Origin: Bacteroidales bacterium | GTDB lineage: Bacteria; Bacteroidota; Bacteroidia; Bacteroidales; UBA1715 | Reading direction: 5' to 3' | Assembly: GCA_024402335.1 (NCBI GenBank) | Contig: JAKSTZ010000008.1 | Coordinates: 565 to 64,564 of the forward strand | Length of the DNA stretch: 64,000 nucleotides | In this document: positions 58,885 to 64,000 of the stretch, in pieces | Position numbering within the stretch: the first letter of the stretch is position 1 | How the letters are laid out: every line of letters starts with the position of its first letter | Position numbers and translations under genes: made by a program | Notes under the pieces: model-generated | Told to the model about the DNA's origin: nothing | Seen by the model: only the letters and a program-made list of their open reading frames with translations | Databases searched by the model: none

Positions 58885-59196
58885 ATGGAACAGATTGAAG
58901 AATACGAAAAACCTAAAAAGTTCGATAACTTTTGGCTTGGATTAGTTTTAGGAACTTTCATTCCCCCTATTGCATCATACGGTATTTATTGTTGGTTCAA
59001 CCGAACAAATTCATATATAGAATTCATTCAAAAACTAAAGACTTGGGGAATACAAACCGAAGTATTTTTATGGTGCGTACTTCCTATCGCCTTTGTCTTT
59101 GCAATTTTTTATTTTCTTCATTACGACAGAGCTGCGAAAGGTGTTGTCTTTCCAACAATGATATATACAATCATATTACTAATACTTGATTTATAG
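58885..59196 (+). CDS. Small integral membrane protein (unknown function)
   Basis: 103 aa with three predicted hydrophobic helices. It is packed between surE (1-nt gap) and lpxB (5-nt gap). Confidence 0.6.
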   Translation: MEQIEEYEKPKKFDNFWLGLVLGTFIPPIASYGIYCWFNRTNSYIEFIQKLKTWGIQTEVFLWCVLPIAFVFAIFYFLHYDRAAKGVVFPTMIYTIILLILDL

Positions 59197-59201
59197 ACAC
59201 A

Positions 59202-60332
59202 ATGAATTACTATATAATAGCAGGCGAAGCATCCGGCGATTTACACGGATCAAACCTTATAAAAGCATTACAAGTTGCTGACGAGAACGCAAGTTTCCGC
59301 ATTTGGGGCGGTGACTTAATGGCAAAAGCTGCTGGTGTAGAATTGGTAAAACACTATAGAACATACGATTACATGGGTATAGTAGAAGTTGTGAAACATG
59401 CCCGACTAATATTAAACAACCTAAAATTCTGCAAACAAGACATTGCAAGCCATAAGCCAGATGCTATTATATTTATAGATTTTCCAGGTTTCAATCTAAA
59501 AATTGCACCTTTTGCGAAAAAAATCGGCATTCCTACTTTTTTCTACATTTCCCCTACTGTATGGGCATGGAAAGAAAATCGTGTAAAAAAAATAAAAGCA
59601 TGTGTCGATCACATGTTCGTGGAATTACCTTTTGTAAAGACATTCTACGAAACAAGACACAACTACCACGTTGATTTTGTGGGACATCCGCTACTCGACT
59701 CCATTGCACAGTTTAAAGAAAAACATACAGCTGAAAGCTTTAAGCAAGCCAACAATTTGCCAGACAAGAAATTGATTGCCGTACTTCCAGGAAGTCGTGA
59801 ATACGAGATACGCGAAAACCTAAAGACCATGCAATCTATTTCTGAAAAATACACAGACTATCAATTTGTAGTTGCCGGTATGTCACGATTCTCGTTAGAC
59901 TTTTACAACAAATACATTACCGCCAACAACCTTTCCGTTGTATTCGACCAAACATACGAATTACTAAAGAAATCAGACGCAGCCATTGTTGTTTCTGGTT
60001 CCGCCACATTAGAGACTGCCATATTAAACATACCGGAAATCATTGTGTATCAAACAAGTCCAATCACATGGAATTTAGGCAAATTGTTTGTAAAACTCAA
60101 CAATTTAGGCTTGCCTAATTTGATTATGGAGCATCAAATCACACCTGAATTATTGCAAGAAGATATGACATCCGAGAAACTTGAGAAAGCACTCGATTCT
60201 ATACTATACGACGAAACATTTAGAAATGAAATTCTGCATAATTACGAATTACTTCGTAATAAATTAGGAAATGAAGGAGCTTCAAGACGAGTAGCCGAGC
60301 ATATTCAAACATATATGAAAGAGAAAAAATAA
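59202..60332 (+). CDS. lpxB: Lipid-A-disaccharide synthase
   Basis: 376 aa. The N-terminus is YYIIAGEASGDLHGSNLIKAL and the layout is GT19-like. Confidence 0.92.
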   Translation: MNYYIIAGEASGDLHGSNLIKALQVADENASFRIWGGDLMAKAAGVELVKHYRTYDYMGIVEVVKHARLILNNLKFCKQDIASHKPDAIIFIDFPGFNLKIAPFAKKIGIPTFFYISPTVWAWKENRVKKIKACVDHMFVELPFVKTFYETRHNYHVDFVGHPLLDSIAQFKEKHTAESFKQANNLPDKKLIAVLPGSREYEIRENLKTMQSISEKYTDYQFVVAGMSRFSLDFYNKYITANNLSVVFDQTYELLKKSDAAIVVSGSATLETAILNIPEIIVYQTSPITWNLGKLFVKLNNLGLPNLIMEHQITPELLQEDMTSEKLEKALDSILYDETFRNEILHNYELLRNKLGNEGASRRVAEHIQTYMKEKK

Positions 60333-60344
60333 GGTTATTTAATT

Positions 60345-61655
60345 GTGTACAATCAGTTGAAATCTTATTTCTATTCATTGAAATATTTTGCTTATATTAG
60401 CAAAAATTTATTTCACGTGAATAGGATTCTATATTTTTGTATATCATTGTTTTTATTGCCAAGCCTCGTTCTTGCACAAGAAACTAACACGGACTCGACG
60501 CAGGATGCCTCTAATATCACCTCTGAACAAGTCGTTCAGCAACAAATCGAGACAAGTTCTGAATCCGGATTGGTAATTCCCCAATTTTCACTTGACTATC
60601 TTCACGGAAAAATTGTCAAAAAACATGGTATAGAGGATATTAACGGATCAAACTACATTCAACTTTCTGCAACAATGAATACAGGAACGCAAGAAGGTAG
60701 TTTTTTCAATTTTTATAAAAAGCCACAAGTTGGCTTTACATTCCTTGTAGGATGGCTAGGCAAACGAGAAACATTAGGAACTGTATTTGCCTTATACCCA
60801 ACATGGCGTTATACATTTTTTGAAAGTAAGACTATTGGCGCAAACATAAAATTAGGAAGTGGATTTGCCTGGTTCACAAAGCCATACGACAAGATTGACA
60901 ATCCAGAAAACACACTTGTTGGTTCACACCTATCAAATGCAACGGAATTAGGTCTATCAGTATGGTTTAAATTCCATCCGCAATGGAAAGTTGAAGCAGG
61001 AACATCGTTACTTCATTTTTCTAATGGTCACACAGCCATTCCAAACTATGGTTTAAACGACATAACTGCAAGACTTGGAGTCATTTATGAACCAGGAACG
61101 CTTACAGGAACAAAAACATTTAGACGTCATTTACCAAGCATGGACAGTTGTTGGCGAAAGACAATAATGCTTTCTTTAGGAAGACATGAACTTGCATTTT
61201 CTAGCTTCCCTACCGACGGACCTTCATACAATATATATAAGGTCAGCGGCTATATTTCGAAGCGATTAACAAACATAAATGAAATTCAATTTGGCGTATC
61301 TGCATCATACTACGAAAGCTACTATGAATTTATACATCTTACCAACTATTACGATCATTTACAACGATTTGGTGCATTACAAGTAGCAGTTCATGCCGGT
61401 CATGAGTTTCTTATCAACAGATTCGGTTTTGTAACCGACCTTGGAGTGAAAATTCTTGACCCATTCTATCGTTCATATATGCTAAATAGAGATGCTTCAC
61501 TTTGGTACAAATCAATATTTGCACCAAAAATCGGATTTAAATTTTACCCTGTTTGGAATTCATTTGCTAAGCAAAAATTGGCAATGGGTATGTATATAAA
61601 CACTAATGGAACCCAAGCTGATTATGTAGAATATAGTTTGTCGTATACCTTCTAA
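60345..61655 (+). CDS. PagL-like acyloxyacyl hydrolase / lipid A deacylase-family outer-membrane protein
   Basis: 436 aa. The His-x-Ser motif context is LLHFSNGHTAIPNYGLND. It has beta-barrel composition and ends SLSYTF. An alternative GTG start at about 60417 would give the signal peptide NRILYFCISLFLLPSLVLAQ. Confidence 0.5.
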   Translation: MYNQLKSYFYSLKYFAYISKNLFHVNRILYFCISLFLLPSLVLAQETNTDSTQDASNITSEQVVQQQIETSSESGLVIPQFSLDYLHGKIVKKHGIEDINGSNYIQLSATMNTGTQEGSFFNFYKKPQVGFTFLVGWLGKRETLGTVFALYPTWRYTFFESKTIGANIKLGSGFAWFTKPYDKIDNPENTLVGSHLSNATELGLSVWFKFHPQWKVEAGTSLLHFSNGHTAIPNYGLNDITARLGVIYEPGTLTGTKTFRRHLPSMDSCWRKTIMLSLGRHELAFSSFPTDGPSYNIYKVSGYISKRLTNINEIQFGVSASYYESYYEFIHLTNYYDHLQRFGALQVAVHAGHEFLINRFGFVTDLGVKILDPFYRSYMLNRDASLWYKSIFAPKIGFKFYPVWNSFAKQKLAMGMYINTNGTQADYVEYSLSYTF

Positions 61656-61658
61656 CCT

Positions 61659-63098
61659 ATGAAAAAAACTGTTTCCATACGATTGATTATTAGCATCCTA
61701 CTCATACATTGCACTTATTTTGCATGGTCACAAAATGCAATGCAGAAGGATTTAAATAAATACTGCAACGATGAGAAAAATTTCTTCTATACCAATGTGG
61801 CAGTAAGTGTCAGAGATTTAAATTCGAGCGAAGTAATTGCGGGAATCAACCAAAATCATTCTATGACACCTGCATCAATAGTCAAACTATACACATCGGC
61901 TGCTGCATTATCGTATCTTGGCGATAATTTCCGTTTTAAGACAACTGTTGGTTATACAGGAAATATCGACAAGAACGGTACACTAAACGGTGACGTGGTT
62001 ATTGTTGGTGGCGGTGACCCTACAACAGGTTCGAAGTTTTTTCCTTCAACAAAATCGTTTATCGATACAATTGTAAAAGCTGTAACCAATGCGGGTATAA
62101 CTAAGATCAAAGGAAATGTTGTTATTGATTGTTCGTTATATAAAGACGAAAAAGAATCTATACCAAGAACTTGGTTGTTTGACGACTATGGTAAGGATTA
62201 TGCAGCTGGTGTTTTTCCGGTTGCTTACCAAGATAATATTTTCCAAATCAGCATAAAAACAGGCAATAACGGAGAAGTTTCCGGATTTACAGACAGTACA
62301 GAAAATGAGAATTTAAAATTAGCAGAATCGGAAGATTCCACTATCCTATTCCATTCTAATGCTGACGACCAATTAGTAAAAATCACAGGATATTTACCAC
62401 CAAATCGTAATGAATATGTCGTTCGTAGCGCCATGCCATCTCCTCCTGACGTATTAGGCATGGAATTACATCAGGCATTTTTCAGAAAAGGATTAGTACA
62501 ATATACTCATCAATATAAGATTTCAAAGAAAAGCATTCCTGTCACTGTTCTAAAAGAAATCTATTCACCTCAGTTACAATATATTGTAGCAATAATGAAC
62601 TACTACAGCAGTAACAACTACGCCGAACATTTAGTAAAATATATTGGCTATTCGCAAAAAGGTATGGGAACATTCTCTGATGGTGCTTTATCTGTTTTAG
62701 CATATTTCAAGACATTAAAAATGGAATGCGGAGGTGCTGCCCTATATGATGGTAGCGGTCTTTCTCGTACAAACTACATCAACGCCAACCACATGACGGA
62801 ATTTCTAGTAAAAGAATACGAAGCTGTTGGTGGTACAAATTCTGCATTTTATAAAAGTTTACCAACTTCAGGAAGAAGCGGAACACTTCGTTCTTTCCCT
62901 TTCCCTGCGAAATTAGTTGATAAGATACATGCAAAAACCGGTTCTATGACAGGCGTTCGAAATATGGCTGGATATATGGACACAAAATCTGGTAAAAAAA
63001 TAGCCTTTTGTGTCATGCTTAACGGCTTCTTGGACACTGATGCGAACATGAAAGTAAAAGAAGCTCAAATACTTGAACTGATTTATAACAACTACTAA
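61659..63098 (+). CDS. dacB: D-alanyl-D-alanine carboxypeptidase/endopeptidase, PBP4 (S13) family
   Basis: 479 aa with a signal peptide. Motifs are SxxK (PASIVKL), SxN (YSSNNYAE) and KTG (AKTGSM). Confidence 0.88.
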   Translation: MKKTVSIRLIISILLIHCTYFAWSQNAMQKDLNKYCNDEKNFFYTNVAVSVRDLNSSEVIAGINQNHSMTPASIVKLYTSAAALSYLGDNFRFKTTVGYTGNIDKNGTLNGDVVIVGGGDPTTGSKFFPSTKSFIDTIVKAVTNAGITKIKGNVVIDCSLYKDEKESIPRTWLFDDYGKDYAAGVFPVAYQDNIFQISIKTGNNGEVSGFTDSTENENLKLAESEDSTILFHSNADDQLVKITGYLPPNRNEYVVRSAMPSPPDVLGMELHQAFFRKGLVQYTHQYKISKKSIPVTVLKEIYSPQLQYIVAIMNYYSSNNYAEHLVKYIGYSQKGMGTFSDGALSVLAYFKTLKMECGGAALYDGSGLSRTNYINANHMTEFLVKEYEAVGGTNSAFYKSLPTSGRSGTLRSFPFPAKLVDKIHAKTGSMTGVRNMAGYMDTKSGKKIAFCVMLNGFLDTDANMKVKEAQILELIYNNY

Positions 63099-63910
63099 TG
63101 ACTGCTCCTACACAATATTTCAAACATAAGATTATTTGGATTACAGGTGCTTCTAGCGGCATTGGTAAACAAATAGCAGTTACCCTATCTTCAATAGAAG
63201 ATGTTTCACTCATACTTTCAGCAAGAAGAGTTGAAAAACTTACGGAAGTAGCTGAAGAATGTAAACAAAATGGAGCAAAATGCGCTGTATTTCCTCTTGA
63301 TTTAGAGAATACAGCCATATTAGAAAACAAGACAAACGAAGCATTACAACTATTTGGAAGAATAGATATAGTAGTACATAATGGCGGAATAAGCCAACGT
63401 TCACTTGCTTATGAAACCCCTATAGAAAACGACAGAAAAATAATGGAAATAGACTATTTCAGTTCCATTATAATTACCAAAACATTACTTCCATACATGA
63501 TGAACAATGGTTTTGGACACATTGTCGTAACCAGTAGTATATCAGGCTGTTTTGGTTTCCCACAACGTTCAGCATATTGCGCAGCAAAACATGCGTTATA
63601 TGGCTATTACGAAGCATTAGACATAGAAATGCGTTCGAAAAACGTTGCAGTAACCATTGTTTCTCCAGGCAGAATCAACACACCTATATCACTTTCCGCA
63701 TTAACAAAAGAAGGAAAAGCACATGGTGAAATGGATCCAGGACAAGCAAAAGGACTCGATGCTCATATTTGTGCAAAACGAATTATAAAAGGTGTAGCAA
63801 AAAAGAAACACGAAATTTTAGTAGGAAAAGGAGAACTTATCATGGTTCATATATACCGAAAGTTCCCTCGCCTATTTCATTTAATAGCAACAAAAATTAA
63901 TCCGACATAA
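63098..63910 (+). CDS. Short-chain dehydrogenase/reductase (SDR) family oxidoreductase
   Basis: 270 aa. Motifs are ITGASSGIGK, NGGI and the catalytic YCAAKHAL. Confidence 0.88.
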   Translation: MTAPTQYFKHKIIWITGASSGIGKQIAVTLSSIEDVSLILSARRVEKLTEVAEECKQNGAKCAVFPLDLENTAILENKTNEALQLFGRIDIVVHNGGISQRSLAYETPIENDRKIMEIDYFSSIIITKTLLPYMMNNGFGHIVVTSSISGCFGFPQRSAYCAAKHALYGYYEALDIEMRSKNVAVTIVSPGRINTPISLSALTKEGKAHGEMDPGQAKGLDAHICAKRIIKGVAKKKHEILVGKGELIMVHIYRKFPRLFHLIATKINPT

Positions 63911-63920
63911 ATATATAACT

Positions 63921-64000
63921 ATGGCAAACAAATATTATATCCGAGGAATGGAACAATTAGGCATAGGCGTTACAGACGTTCATGCCGCATGGAAATGGTA
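63921..64000 (+). CDS. 5' end of an unidentified CDS (possibly VOC/glyoxalase-fold), truncated by the window edge
   Basis: The ATG at 63921 is followed by 26 open codons, MANKYYIRGMEQLGIGVTDVHAAWKW. This is too short for assignment. Confidence 0.3.
   Translation, partial: MANKYYIRGMEQLGIGVTDVHAAWKW

Noticed and set aside
58932-59189. An alternative 85-aa ORF overlapping the 103-aa small membrane protein ORF in another frame.
   Set aside because: The 58885-59196 frame gives clean hydrophobic helices and fits the 1-nt and 5-nt spacing to surE and lpxB. The alternative frame has no such features.

Overview
This is a low-GC, densely coded chromosomal segment that looks like Bacteroidota (Bacteroidales-like). 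Supporting signs are the T9SS translocon gene sprA, repeated TAnnTTTG -7 promoter boxes and the absence of Shine-Dalgarno-type leaders. I count about 50 CDS and see no rRNA, tRNA or CRISPR array. All calls come from reading the ORF-track proteins and the DNA by eye (motif recognition); no searches were run.

Layout:
- 1-5.7 kb is accessory. It holds a type I R-M operon (hsdR-hsdM-hsdS, with hsdS cut by the window edge) and a RayT/IS200-like HUH-Y1 transposase embedded in its own REP-like palindromes.
- The rest is mostly core: sprA plus a coupled beta-barrel gene, ruvA, pdxA, queE-queC-queF, tetR plus a 1427-aa double-activase fusion, argF, a CPBP protease, thrS-infC-rpmI-rplT, dapB-lepB-wbqC, a WYL regulator, dnaG, recF-rnz-STAS, fic, a TPR gene with gyrA, clpC, a GH13 enzyme, dnaX, ispE, an FKBP, der, surE-lpxB, a PagL-like gene, PBP4 and an SDR.

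Most interesting observations:
1. A tightly packed five-gene operon (26.1-30.8 kb) encodes a circularly permuted ATP-grasp, an alpha-E protein, a transglutaminase-like protein and two AstE/AspA-type deacylase paralogs, one of which has lost its zinc ligands. An 87-nt three-stem leader precedes it. This is my best candidate for an undescribed system.
2. dnaX stops two codons after an A10 tract, while the -1 frame stays open for 100 codons up to ispE. This is either recoding or a homopolymer error.
3. A perfect 28-bp REP-like palindrome and its half-site repeats lie in frame inside the rayT ORF.
4. A WYL regulator has a perfect 11-bp inverted repeat that brackets its own -7 box.
5. The tetR gene upstream of the giant activase fusion contains an A13 tract.
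6. AATTGNN heptamer arrays occur at two loci.
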